In this document: positions 51,268 through 61,250 of the stretch, piece after piece | Position numbering within the stretch: the stretch's first letter is position 1 | Layout: each line of letters opens with the position of its first letter | IMG/VR virus record: IMGVR_UViG_3300044614_001923 | Strand: one strand, 5' to 3' | Length of the DNA: 64,000 nucleotides | Source: a virus | Lineage: Duplodnaviria > Caudoviricetes | The notes under the pieces: generated by a model | What the model was told of the DNA's origin: nothing | Database searches by the model: none | What the model saw: only the letters and a program-made list of their open reading frames with translations | Made by a program: the position numbers and the translations under genes

Positions 51268-53775
51268 TTAAACTCTACCAGCCACTTCTTCAAAGCTGAC
51301 TCCAGTTCTGGTAGCAACAAATGTTAGAGTGACATAGTTAATAGATTTAGCTGGTTTCAGATAAATGTCAGCTCTAAATTCATTATTATCAATAATGTCA
51401 GGAGTGTTATTTGTTTCATCACAAACAACTAGGAATCCGTAGAGACCTCTCTTTGCCTGAACCTCACGTAGATATGGTTCAACAATGTTGATGAAGTTAG
51501 CTCTTGTAATTTCATCGTTGAGTTCGAAGAGTTGTGCTTGTGCGCTTCTCTCCAGTGCTTGCTCAACAGTGAGGAACAGTCTACGGACGTTAATTCTATC
51601 AAATGCTGATGCATAACCAAGACCTGTTTTATCGCCAAAGAGAAGAGTTCCAATTCCTGGTTGAGTAACAATTGCGTTGATTCTCTGAGGATAGAGTTGA
51701 TCTCTTTGTGCCTTATTTGGATTATATGCAAGTTTAATTGCATTATTCAGAATACCTCTTTGCTGTCCTGCAGGTGAGAACCAAGGATATGCAAAGATTG
51801 AAGTTCTTACGCAAAGACCAGCAATGTCTCCATTTGTTGGAATATAGCGGAACTTATTATTGAATCTATCATAAGTGTACTTATAACCAGTATCAAATAC
51901 TGCATATGATGATGATGGCATTGAACTATAGAATTCAATGATATTATCTGTCTGAGTATCTGAGTTTGTAATGTCAACAACATCCGCCCTATGAGGAGAA
52001 ATCATTGCCATGCAATCTTTTCTATCTTCAGCAATTGCAATCAATTCTTGAGCTTTTGCTTGAGATTCAAACTTATTGCCAAGACCAGGACCCATGAGAA
52101 GATAATCTAGAGGTACATCATCTCTATTTTCAAATGTTCTATATGCACTGATAAGATCTCCTAGAGTTGCTGCAAGACCACCTTCGTTATTTTCTCCAGA
52201 ATAATCTTTTCCACCACCTAAGGTATAGGAAACATTACCCATTACACTAAATGTAATGTCTTGTGCTGGTTGGTTCCAAAGTTGATCAGCAAGGTCTCCT
52301 AAGGTGTACTGAGCACCTCCAGAAGCTCCCATTTCTACAGTATCACTGAATCCAGATCTATATACTGTTTCAGAAACAACTCCGTTATCTGATGGGTTAT
52401 CTCCAGCATAAAGATATCTTGAATAACGTGCAAGGTAATCCTTCCACCAAATTTTCTGAGGAGCATTTACTGCTGATGTTGCATCACTTGCTTTAGATAG
52501 AGAAACATGCTTCTCGAGAAGAGCTCCTTTAATTCCAGTTACTGTTCCTAAATCATCAATAACTGCAATATGCATTGCATCATTTCTAGAGTTTCTCTCT
52601 TGTGCCCAACGGGTTGTTGTTGGTTTTGGTGCAATAGATCTCCAGAGAATATTTGTATTCTGAAGTCTAATATACTGCTGATCATACCAGTCTTTTGCAC
52701 TTTCAATATTGAAAGTTGAAATTCCACTAATTGAAGTGGTTCCCTCTCCAACTTGTGTAAGAGTTACTCTGTTTCCTGGTCTAAATGCAGTTGTCTGATT
52801 CTTATCTGCATAGTTAATGAAGATCTCGGACGCTCCAATAGCAATCTGACGAGTGAAACTTACTGCAATACCAGTTCTGATATTTGCAACAGTTGATCCA
52901 ATAGTGACAAATGTGCCACCAACAGAAACAACAGATGCTGATCCATAAAAATCAGATGTTGTTGATCCAAGACCAGCAACGGAAATTACATCATTTGGAG
53001 ATACATCAAGAGTTGAATTTACATAAACTCTATTTGTTACTCCAACTCCAGATGCTCCCTCATTATATGCAGTAGTAGTCTGTCTTACATTCTGAATATC
53101 AGTGTAAGGGTCTCTTACGCGGGATACAATCTTAACTTCAAGATCGGTTCTTTCTACAGTTGTTGTAATACCAGTAATGATTCCTTTGAGGACACCATCA
53201 AATGTAGCTGCTTGTCCTCTTCCTGGTAGTTTTTGATCTTCCAGTTTAAAACTAATTCCAGCTCCTACTGAAATTGCAACTCCAACCTGCCTGAGATTAG
53301 TAGTCTTGATTCCAATAATCTGATCTGCTTTATCGTCAATAAAAGCAATTTTCAGATTATTTGCCCATGTTCCTGGGTTTTTAGCAACAAAGATGTAATC
53401 GGCAATATCGTCTGCCCAATTTGCATCATAATCTTCAAAGTTCTTGATGATTACATCATCAGTTCCAATTCCTGTGCTAATAGCGTTAGCATTGTTTAGG
53501 TTATCTCCAGAACATCTGGTAACCTTTAGAACGCCGCCATATGAAAGGAAGGATGATGCGGTCATCCAAAATTCGTACTGACCATCTGTAGTTTGTGGTT
53601 CTCCAAATACATCAATCAGTTCACTTTCGGTTGTAATATCTACTGGTTCTTCAACTGGACCTTTAGGGAAAGGTCCAGCAATAGCACCAATATTGTCAAG
53701 TACATTATCAGCTCTTCCTACAGTTAAATCAACCTCCCTGATTAGTACTCCAGGAGATAATTGAGGAGTCGCCAT
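51268..53775 (-). CDS. gp18: Tail sheath protein
   Basis: SPGVLIREVD, WFSPAGQQRG, AFDRINVRRLF, SINYVTLTFVATRTG; late promoter at 53808-53814. Confidence 0.98.
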   Translation of the reverse strand: MATPQLSPGVLIREVDLTVGRADNVLDNIGAIAGPFPKGPVEEPVDITTESELIDVFGEPQTTDGQYEFWMTASSFLSYGGVLKVTRCSGDNLNNANAISTGIGTDDVIIKNFEDYDANWADDIADYIFVAKNPGTWANNLKIAFIDDKADQIIGIKTTNLRQVGVAISVGAGISFKLEDQKLPGRGQAATFDGVLKGIITGITTTVERTDLEVKIVSRVRDPYTDIQNVRQTTTAYNEGASGVGVTNRVYVNSTLDVSPNDVISVAGLGSTTSDFYGSASVVSVGGTFVTIGSTVANIRTGIAVSFTRQIAIGASEIFINYADKNQTTAFRPGNRVTLTQVGEGTTSISGISTFNIESAKDWYDQQYIRLQNTNILWRSIAPKPTTTRWAQERNSRNDAMHIAVIDDLGTVTGIKGALLEKHVSLSKASDATSAVNAPQKIWWKDYLARYSRYLYAGDNPSDNGVVSETVYRSGFSDTVEMGASGGAQYTLGDLADQLWNQPAQDITFSVMGNVSYTLGGGKDYSGENNEGGLAATLGDLISAYRTFENRDDVPLDYLLMGPGLGNKFESQAKAQELIAIAEDRKDCMAMISPHRADVVDITNSDTQTDNIIEFYSSMPSSSYAVFDTGYKYTYDRFNNKFRYIPTNGDIAGLCVRTSIFAYPWFSPAGQQRGILNNAIKLAYNPNKAQRDQLYPQRINAIVTQPGIGTLLFGDKTGLGYASAFDRINVRRLFLTVEQALERSAQAQLFELNDEITRANFINIVEPYLREVQAKRGLYGFLVVCDETNNTPDIIDNNEFRADIYLKPAKSINYVTLTFVATRTGVSFEEVAGRV

Positions 53776-53854
53776 GTTTTTCTCCGTAATCTCAGTTTAT
53801 CTGAAAATATTTATTAAAAAGTATATTTTCAATGGGGAAACGATGCATGAACAC

Positions 53855-54100
53855 TTACCAATCTGGATATTCCCAAACTGTGTTATCTAATGCTGATTTT
53901 TGTGGGTATAATTTTCTACTTTTTTTGATTCTTTTTATGGTACATTCTTTGCATTCATAAGAATATGATGAAGGAACAGATCCTCTATCTTTTCTAGTTC
54001 TATAAAAAGAGTCGATTAAATTTTTTATTTGACCGCAAGATCTACACTTTCTATCGTTTAATAGAAGATGACCTAATCTTATTTGTCCATCTAAGTCCAT
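53855..54100 (-). CDS. Small CxxC...CxxC zinc-finger protein
   Basis: RKCRSCG...SYECKEC; TAATG overlap with the gp17 stop. Confidence 0.7.
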   Translation of the reverse strand: MDLDGQIRLGHLLLNDRKCRSCGQIKNLIDSFYRTRKDRGSVPSSYSYECKECTIKRIKKSRKLYPQKSALDNTVWEYPDW

Positions 54101-55746
54101 TAGACATAATCCCACATATAGGACATATCACCATATTCATCAGAAAACCATCTGTCTCCATCAGAATCTACAAAACTAGAATTATCTAATCCATCAACAA
54201 CAAAACCAAATGGTGACATATCTTGTTCTATTTGATTTTTTTGCTCTTCATACAATCTCTTTCTAATATCTTGATCAGTGAGTTCTTTAAAGTAATCTTG
54301 TGCAACTAGCCATGCATAAATTACAAGACACATTGCAAGGTCATCATTACATCCATCTTCAGCTTCAAATGAATTGTTTTTCTGTATAAAGGTTGTTAAC
54401 TCTGCTATGATTTCATAATCATTAAAAATAAGTTTATCTTCCTCAATTAAAGTTTTTAAATTCAGTGAACCAACTTTTTTTACAGTTTTGGACATCTTAA
54501 CGCCAAGTTGCGTTTTCTTACCAGAAAATCCTTGCCCAACAATTTGACCAGCTCTACCTCTCATAGAACACATGAGGACATTTTGATATTCTAAATCATA
54601 ATGCAATAAAGATGCTACCTGATCACCTATATCATTTACCTCACAAAGAATGTATGCGCGGTTATAATTTTTTGCTACTTCATAAATGATATTTGGAAAT
54701 AGCATTGGTTTAATCTCATTGTTTCTATATTTTGCGACAACTTTATGTGGAAATTCAGTTATATCAACTACGACAAAAGCTGAATAGTCCTCACTGACTC
54801 CTCTTGCAACGTCAACTGTAATAATATAGTCGTGTCCTTGAACCACGTCCTCATAAACATCTAGACCAGCATTCCTTTTTATTGGATTATCATACACTAA
54901 ATTTCTCAATTTGCTTGGCGCAATTAGTGTATCGACTGATCCTAAGAATTCACATTCAAACTCAATTTTGAATTGTTGTTCTGAAGTGTTGTTAATTGTT
55001 TGTTCTTTCCAGGCAGCGTCTCTTCCAGGAACTTCTGACCAATGAACATCAGTTGGTACGTATTCATTTTTTCCCTTTTCCGCATCATGCCACATTCGGT
55101 AGAAATGATTCATACCGTGTGGCGTAGATACTACAATAACCTTAGTATTTTTACCAGATGAAATTGTTGGGTATACGGATGCAAAGAAATCGTCAGCAAT
55201 ATGATTTGGAACGAAAGCAAATTCGTCCAAGAACAAGATATTAAATGACATACCTCTTACTGCTGATGCAGAAGTTGAAGCAGCAAGTATTTTTGATCCG
55301 TTTTCTAATTCAATATTTCCTTTATTCCAAGCAATAATTCCCTGCTGCATCCATTTTGGTAAATTTTCATATGCTGTTGCAAGTCTACTTAAAAGTTCTC
55401 TAGCAGTTGCAGCCTTGTTTGCAAGAATACCAATATTGACACTATCGTTAAAAATTAGATAATGTAAGAGATAAGAAACTACAGTTGTAGATTTGCCTGT
55501 CTGGCGAGGCATTTTACAAATGTTAAATCTATGTTTATGAAAGTTATTAATTAACTTTTCTTGAAAGTGGTATGGATGAAATTGAGTTAATCCCTCATCA
55601 AGAGAAACAATTTTAATATAATTATTTGCAAAATAAACTGGATCATCTTTACACTTAACAAATTCTAAAATTTGTTCCTGACTAAATTCAATTTGAGTAT
55701 TTGCTCTTTTTAAATTTGGATTGCCAAGATATACATTATCAGTCAT
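54100..55746 (-). CDS. gp17: Terminase large subunit
   Basis: PRQTGKST, LDEFAF, VSTPHG, DVARG, NDDLAMCL. Confidence 0.98.
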   Translation of the reverse strand: MTDNVYLGNPNLKRANTQIEFSQEQILEFVKCKDDPVYFANNYIKIVSLDEGLTQFHPYHFQEKLINNFHKHRFNICKMPRQTGKSTTVVSYLLHYLIFNDSVNIGILANKAATARELLSRLATAYENLPKWMQQGIIAWNKGNIELENGSKILAASTSASAVRGMSFNILFLDEFAFVPNHIADDFFASVYPTISSGKNTKVIVVSTPHGMNHFYRMWHDAEKGKNEYVPTDVHWSEVPGRDAAWKEQTINNTSEQQFKIEFECEFLGSVDTLIAPSKLRNLVYDNPIKRNAGLDVYEDVVQGHDYIITVDVARGVSEDYSAFVVVDITEFPHKVVAKYRNNEIKPMLFPNIIYEVAKNYNRAYILCEVNDIGDQVASLLHYDLEYQNVLMCSMRGRAGQIVGQGFSGKKTQLGVKMSKTVKKVGSLNLKTLIEEDKLIFNDYEIIAELTTFIQKNNSFEAEDGCNDDLAMCLVIYAWLVAQDYFKELTDQDIRKRLYEEQKNQIEQDMSPFGFVVDGLDNSSFVDSDGDRWFSDEYGDMSYMWDYV

Positions 55747-55751
55747 AAAAG

Positions 55752-57026
55752 TTACCTTTGTTCAATCCAGTTCAATACTGCAAGTGCTTTTTTGTTGGTA
55801 TTTGGAGATGCACAAGCAAGTGTATAAGTGTCACTAATTGTTCCAATGCCACTTCTACCTAACTGAAGTGCTGCTTTAATATCAAGATCAACTAACGCAC
55901 CACTACCATTAATTACAAAACCACTCAAAAGATCACTTCCACCAGATACTGCAGTTTGAGTGATATTATACTGCATAAAGGAGTTTGGATCGGGATGATT
56001 TACCCAAGTTCCTCCAGTCAGTGTTGCATTTTGTAGAAGTTGCCAATAAACATTCGTATTGTCATCAGTTGCTGCCTGTAATGATCTCAAGAGCATTACA
56101 CCAGTTAGATTATTGGATTTTAAACGAATGCTTATAATTGGATAGAATGTATTTGCTGATGCCATCGTTGTCCCTGTGATGGGATTTGATATGCTCAAAA
56201 GAGTTCCGAGTTTTTCTGGTTCTCCTTCCTGAATAAGAGAATTAGAACCCTGATACATGTAATGAGTTCCTGCAACACCAGTTACATTTTCTATCTCAAG
56301 TCTAATAGGCAAGAAAGGAGTGGAACACCAAACTCCTGGGTTGGTATTTGCATTATCAAAAGTATGAGATGCAACAGTCTCATTCTTCATTAACCAAGCA
56401 AATTGAATTATACCTGCACCATACCATTCATAATTGATGGAAATCATTTGTTGTTTTGTTGGATCTGCAGTTACTCCAGTCCACCCATTACCATCAAACT
56501 TCTCACCATTCCATTCATCTCTGTATACTCTGGTTTCTGTAACAATTCCAGTTACACTACTACGGAGCACATAAGAATATGTTCCTCCATCATCCTCAAA
56601 ATAAACACCGTTGTTTTCATCAAACAATCCAAATCTTCTACGAATACCTACTTTTGGTTGTTCTAGACGAACTGCGAATGCGAGTGTTGCACCTCTGCCA
56701 GGAATGTATCTCATCACATTCTTGGTTTGGCGAATTACTTTGCTTCCTGTAGTGGAACCAACTTGCATTATAACATTACTGGCATTTGCATTAAATGTTG
56801 CAGTTCCAACTCCAACTACTCTTTCATCCCATACATCAGTCTCTTTACCATACTGGAAGGTGTTGAAGAATACTGTTTGATAAGGAGATATTTTGAATCT
56901 GTTGTTGTTGGTAAATTGAGGTCTCCAGTCTGTCTGGTTTCCCCAGTGATCTGCGATATTATAAACTTCAAATAAAGATCTTTCTTGATTTAGAAAGTCT
57001 TGTTCGTTCTTATTCCATATAGCCAT
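55752..57026 (-). CDS. 424-aa beta-rich hypothetical, probably structural
   Basis: Long clean ORF in the g16-g17 interval; no recognised motif. Confidence 0.7.
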   Translation of the reverse strand: MAIWNKNEQDFLNQERSLFEVYNIADHWGNQTDWRPQFTNNNRFKISPYQTVFFNTFQYGKETDVWDERVVGVGTATFNANASNVIMQVGSTTGSKVIRQTKNVMRYIPGRGATLAFAVRLEQPKVGIRRRFGLFDENNGVYFEDDGGTYSYVLRSSVTGIVTETRVYRDEWNGEKFDGNGWTGVTADPTKQQMISINYEWYGAGIIQFAWLMKNETVASHTFDNANTNPGVWCSTPFLPIRLEIENVTGVAGTHYMYQGSNSLIQEGEPEKLGTLLSISNPITGTTMASANTFYPIISIRLKSNNLTGVMLLRSLQAATDDNTNVYWQLLQNATLTGGTWVNHPDPNSFMQYNITQTAVSGGSDLLSGFVINGSGALVDLDIKAALQLGRSGIGTISDTYTLACASPNTNKKALAVLNWIEQR

Positions 57027-57029
57027 AAA

Positions 57030-57347
57030 TTAAATCCACTCTAATTTTCCTGGATGATATCGTTTTGCGTTTTGAATATTAAAATTCTTTTCTTCCGCAG
57101 GATAGATATTATGGACAATTGCTCCAGGATAGTTTCCTTGAAGTTGTTCTCCTAATTCCTGTTTAGATGGAACTCCTGTTTTTGTGACAAGTTCAAGTCT
57201 ATATATGCTGCCTTGCCACATAACATCGGCAACGTAACTTTCCCCCACTTGCTGAGGTTGTTCTGGTTGTGAGTTGATGTAGAGATTTCCGTTGAAATCT
57301 CCTGAGATGTTTACTGACTCAGATAGAAACTGTTTGAAACTTTTCAT
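57030..57347 (-). CDS. Hypothetical protein with a CTS-like N-terminus (MKSFKQFLSE)
   Basis: ATG at 57347; 105 aa. Confidence 0.75.
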   Translation of the reverse strand: MKSFKQFLSESVNISGDFNGNLYINSQPEQPQQVGESYVADVMWQGSIYRLELVTKTGVPSKQELGEQLQGNYPGAIVHNIYPAEEKNFNIQNAKRYHPGKLEWI

Positions 57348-57352
57348 TTTAA

Positions 57353-59632
57353 TCACCACTTAACCTTGTTTGCCCAGTATGCTGCAGACATTGGACCTTT
57401 ATCAATGTTTTTTGCATGTCTTGTTTTAAATCTTTTACGTCGACTTGCATATTCTTTAGATTCTCCTTCTTTTTTGGGGGAACCTTTTACACCTCTTTGC
57501 CCAAAACGAATAATTTTTTCTTTTCCATCTGAACATGCCTTGACAACATGAGATTTGCCAGTCAGAGAATCACCAACTGCTTGTGCTTTTGGTTTATTGC
57601 ATTTCATTTTATCTTTATCAATTGATTCTGCAAATGCTTGGAGAATTTGCTCGCCTGGCATAATATTATCTGCTTTAAAGTAAGTTACCTTACCTCCTGG
57701 ATAGATCTTATTAATTTGATCTTGAACTTCCCCTCTATTAGGCATTTTTGAATTTGGGAAGAAGATCTTTAATGAGTAAAAAGATCCTTTCCAGGAAACA
57801 TAAACTAATAAAAGATTTCCGCGTGCAGATTTTAGGGATACTGCCTCTTCAATTTGCTCTCCCATTGGTTTCACATAATTTTTATTTGGGCCTGGTTTTG
57901 CTGCACTTCCTCCAGCTGGTTTTTCATGATGGTCTTCTCCACAGGTTATGCAAGGAGACTGTCCACACTTACAATTACACTCTTTCTTTTCTTCTTTTAC
58001 TAGAGGATCTGGTTTGATAAGATCTACAAATTCTACGAAAGGATTTCCATTTGCATCAGTAACAACAACACTTTCATTTGCAGATTTCCATCCACCACCT
58101 GCTTTCTTATATTCTTTAGCAGCCCAACCATTTGCATAAGCAGAAGGATATACATCAAACTTTGCTTTTGCCTTTGCCTTCATCTTAGACCAAAGTGAAG
58201 GATTAGTGGGAACGTTCTTTTCATTAAGAACTTCTGCTTCCATCTCAAGTAAAATTTTATCTACTAAAGAAGGTTCATAACCAGCATTAACGACTCCTGT
58301 TTTAATGCTTCCTTTTGCTAATGATGGTCCAGTTGTTTTTCTTTCCGCTGCTGCTCTCTCACCCTCAGTAGATCCTCTCTGAGCAAGAGTTCTAATCTTA
58401 GCAGCACGATTTTGTTCTCTATGCTTTTTGGGATCAATTGCCGCTGGAATTGCACTTTCAGGAACACAATTAGGAACTTCTTTCTTACCCTTCTTCTTCA
58501 TCCCCACTTGCTTGTAACCTTTCCAACACGCTTCTTCAATCTCGGATTCCCCGCTTTCAAGATAGTCCGCTGCAGTATCAATATAATCTGCCGCTTTGGT
58601 AATCTTTGATTGCACCCATGCCTCTAAATCACCTTCGCCTTTATTAACTTTATTCTTCAGTCTCGAAACTGCTTTAGAAATAGTTTCAAGTTCAGATCTT
58701 GCCATTGAATATTCTTCATCTTTAATTGAAACTTTATCCCATGCTTTTTCGCCATAAGCACATTCTGAACGGATTTCTCTCTTATCACAAAGCGGACAAT
58801 ATCTTTCCTCTTCACCACTCATATCATGCTCATGTTCTTCTGTTCTTGCTGCTCTCATATCCTGCCTTGCTCTCATCACATCATCTCTAGAAATAGCACC
58901 CCTAGTCCATGGATCCTCTGCAGCGGCTTTAACTGCTTGTGATCTTGTTAATGGTTTTGGTTTTACCGCATTTGGTTTATCCTCACCATACTTCGCAGTG
59001 GATTTTTTAGATCTGGTTGGTACATAAACCTTCCCTCCACTACCAGTTGTTCCAATCTGCTTTCTTCCTTTTATTTTATCAACTAGATCACCGACTAAAC
59101 CTTCTTCAATATTATTAGAAGACATGATTGGTTTTCCTCCCTTTCCTTTGCGATTTGCTACAGGATCTGCTTTTCTTTTTCTTTTTACTGAAGCAGCAAT
59201 CTCACTCTTAGACATTTTTTCTGCCTTTTCATTTGAAAGACATTTTGGTTTTGGTTCTCCAGGTTCACGCGCACATGGTCCAATTGCTTCACCTTTAGTG
59301 TTATATCTCTTCCAATTTCCTTCGGGATGATCTTTATCAAACCAGTTTCTTAGATCTTCATATGCTATTTTCTTTTTACTATGTTTAATTTCCCCTTTTT
59401 GTTTAGCAATCAATTTATTTGAATATTCCTGAGCATGGGATGTGCTAGAAACATTCTCATCTGGAATTCCTTTTTTAGCAGTATCATAAATGTCAATATC
59501 ACCATCAGCATCACGATCAACATACTGAACTGTTGCATGATGAACCAACTGCTTTAAATCCAGATTTGGATCCAGCTGATGTTGTTTTTTTGGAAGATGG
59601 GGTGTTTTGTGAGAAAATTTTGGAGTTTTCAT
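57353..59632 (-). CDS. 759-aa modular basic protein; putative capsid-internal polyprotein
   Basis: Modules such as CWKGYKQVGMKKKG..VPNCVPE, YPSAYANGWAAKEYKKAGGGWK and KIIRFGQRG...AYWANKVKW separated by IEE|G, IEE|A and LNE|K junctions. Confidence 0.8.
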   Translation of the reverse strand: MKTPKFSHKTPHLPKKQHQLDPNLDLKQLVHHATVQYVDRDADGDIDIYDTAKKGIPDENVSSTSHAQEYSNKLIAKQKGEIKHSKKKIAYEDLRNWFDKDHPEGNWKRYNTKGEAIGPCAREPGEPKPKCLSNEKAEKMSKSEIAASVKRKRKADPVANRKGKGGKPIMSSNNIEEGLVGDLVDKIKGRKQIGTTGSGGKVYVPTRSKKSTAKYGEDKPNAVKPKPLTRSQAVKAAAEDPWTRGAISRDDVMRARQDMRAARTEEHEHDMSGEEERYCPLCDKREIRSECAYGEKAWDKVSIKDEEYSMARSELETISKAVSRLKNKVNKGEGDLEAWVQSKITKAADYIDTAADYLESGESEIEEACWKGYKQVGMKKKGKKEVPNCVPESAIPAAIDPKKHREQNRAAKIRTLAQRGSTEGERAAAERKTTGPSLAKGSIKTGVVNAGYEPSLVDKILLEMEAEVLNEKNVPTNPSLWSKMKAKAKAKFDVYPSAYANGWAAKEYKKAGGGWKSANESVVVTDANGNPFVEFVDLIKPDPLVKEEKKECNCKCGQSPCITCGEDHHEKPAGGSAAKPGPNKNYVKPMGEQIEEAVSLKSARGNLLLVYVSWKGSFYSLKIFFPNSKMPNRGEVQDQINKIYPGGKVTYFKADNIMPGEQILQAFAESIDKDKMKCNKPKAQAVGDSLTGKSHVVKACSDGKEKIIRFGQRGVKGSPKKEGESKEYASRRKRFKTRHAKNIDKGPMSAAYWANKVKW

Positions 59633-59784
59633 TCAACTGGTTTTGATTTTGTCTTTTCACCTTTTGCTCTCTTTTTTCTCGCAGCGCAATGGGCACGTTG
59701 AGAAAATCCTTTTGGATTTGAGCAATCAATACTCTTTTTATATTTATTAGACCAATCTTCTTGAAATTGTTTAAATGTCTTCAT
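59629..59784 (-). CDS. 51-aa basic protein MKTFKQFQEDWSNKYKKSIDCSNPKGFSQRAHCAARKKRAKGEKTKSKPVE (not in the ORF track)
   Basis: Manual translation; ATGA overlap with the 759-aa gene; CTS-like start. Confidence 0.78.
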   Translation of the reverse strand: MKTFKQFQEDWSNKYKKSIDCSNPKGFSQRAHCAARKKRAKGEKTKSKPVE

Positions 59785-60220
59785 TTTTTGTTTGTTGTTT
59801 AAGAAGTTTTGCTAATTCTGCAGTTGAACCAACAAATAATGCATTTGTTACATTAGTTGGACCTTTTGATTGCTTTTCTTCTTCAATATCTTTTAGTTTT
59901 TTCTGTAAATCCATTAACTTATCTGTAGCATCTGCTACATTTTTAATTAATTGTCCAGCAACTTCATATGCTCTGGGCATTTCACTTTCTTGAGCAAGTT
60001 CAAGAATTCCATTAATTGCCTCTTGACCTTTTTCTATTAAAGAATATAAATTACCTCTAGTATATTCATAGTCTTTTTTTATGTGATCAGATTCTGTAGA
60101 CTTTGATATTTTTTCAATCTTCTCAACAGAAGTCTCAGAAACTTCCACTGGAGAAATTTCTGAAACCTCATCATTGGAAAGTCCAAATGTTTGATTTAGG
60201 CTGTCAAAATTTTTTTTCAT
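59771..60220 (-). CDS. gp16: Terminase small subunit
   Basis: DYEYTRGNLYSLIEKGQEAI...PRAYEV...FVGSTAEL. Confidence 0.9.
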   Translation of the reverse strand: MKKNFDSLNQTFGLSNDEVSEISPVEVSETSVEKIEKISKSTESDHIKKDYEYTRGNLYSLIEKGQEAINGILELAQESEMPRAYEVAGQLIKNVADATDKLMDLQKKLKDIEEEKQSKGPTNVTNALFVGSTAELAKLLKQQTKNEDI

Positions 60221-60221
60221 A

Positions 60222-61217
60222 TCAGAAAGATGAATTGAATCCAAAATCATCACCGTAACTTACAAGCGCATCATCAGCTGCTGTTATCTTATAAATTTGC
60301 GATCCAAGTAGATGATTTGTTATTCTTGTTCCATAAGAACCTCTTGTAACATTCAATTTGTTTCCTGTTTTACTAGTTACAAATAATGTCTCATTGTCTA
60401 TGGAAATGTATGATTTAACTGGAATATTTGTAGCATCGGATACTTCAAAGACTGCATCTGAAATTTGAATATCTGTCTCTAGAACCGCAACAGTTTGATT
60501 TGCGAGTGAAGTAGTTGCTTTTGGTTCTGAAGTATAAGTAACATCTCTGTTTGTAGAATTTGCACCTCCAGAAAGATATCCAATAGAAACTTTTTTGATG
60601 ATATCTTTTTCGACACCAGTTGCAATTGGGCCAAACAGATAAGTTTTTGCATTGAACTTTAAAGTATAAATTAATGCTCTTCGAGTTGAAAAATCTCCCT
60701 CATAGTCATCTTCCATTGTAATACCTTCAAGGGTTATTGGAATATCTCTTTTTTCTCCAATAGTATCAAGTAAATCAACCGTAAGAGTATATGATGGTTG
60801 AAAATAAGGAACAATTTGTTCAATAATTTGCAACATATCATCATTTAATTTTGTCATTATACTCATTTCAAATTGCATGGTGTATGGAACAGGCATGTAT
60901 GCCTTTCTTAAATCACCTTCAGAAGTTTTTGAAATAAATGTTTGAGTTGTTTGTAGTTTTCTAGAAACGTCATAAAATAATCCGTTAAATTCAAATGACA
61001 TTCTTGGCAATGTAATTTGAACTGGATTGTTTAAATCATCTGGAGACTCTCTAAGTCTTGATAAAAACTTTTGAGTGGGACCATATGCTAAAGGAACCTT
61101 AACAACTTCGACAACATTACCACTATTGTCTGTTTTCTTTATCTGTATATTATTAAATAAGGTTCCAAAAGTTACAATAGTTCTTCTTAGAGTCTCGTGA
61201 TAAAAATATTCAAACAT
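60222..61217 (-). CDS. gp15: Tail terminator / sheath stabiliser
   Basis: YFYHETLRR, VPLAYGP, LPRMSFE, EDDYEGDF. Confidence 0.94.
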   Translation of the reverse strand: MFEYFYHETLRRTIVTFGTLFNNIQIKKTDNSGNVVEVVKVPLAYGPTQKFLSRLRESPDDLNNPVQITLPRMSFEFNGLFYDVSRKLQTTQTFISKTSEGDLRKAYMPVPYTMQFEMSIMTKLNDDMLQIIEQIVPYFQPSYTLTVDLLDTIGEKRDIPITLEGITMEDDYEGDFSTRRALIYTLKFNAKTYLFGPIATGVEKDIIKKVSIGYLSGGANSTNRDVTYTSEPKATTSLANQTVAVLETDIQISDAVFEVSDATNIPVKSYISIDNETLFVTSKTGNKLNVTRGSYGTRITNHLLGSQIYKITAADDALVSYGDDFGFNSSF

Positions 61218-61250
61218 AATTCTTAACTTATTATTTACTATTTAACAAAT

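Noticed and set aside
6641-55746. Introns or inteins in nrdA, nrdB, gp41, gp43, gp17 and tRNA-Leu(TAA)
   Set aside because: Lengths and motif spacing are normal; no splice-junction motifs or insertions were seen.
406-59993. All plus-strand ORFs in the track (e.g. 33317-34015, 36880-37623, 25279-25836)
   Set aside because: They are antisense shadows of well-supported minus-strand genes, with no recognisable motifs or RBS.
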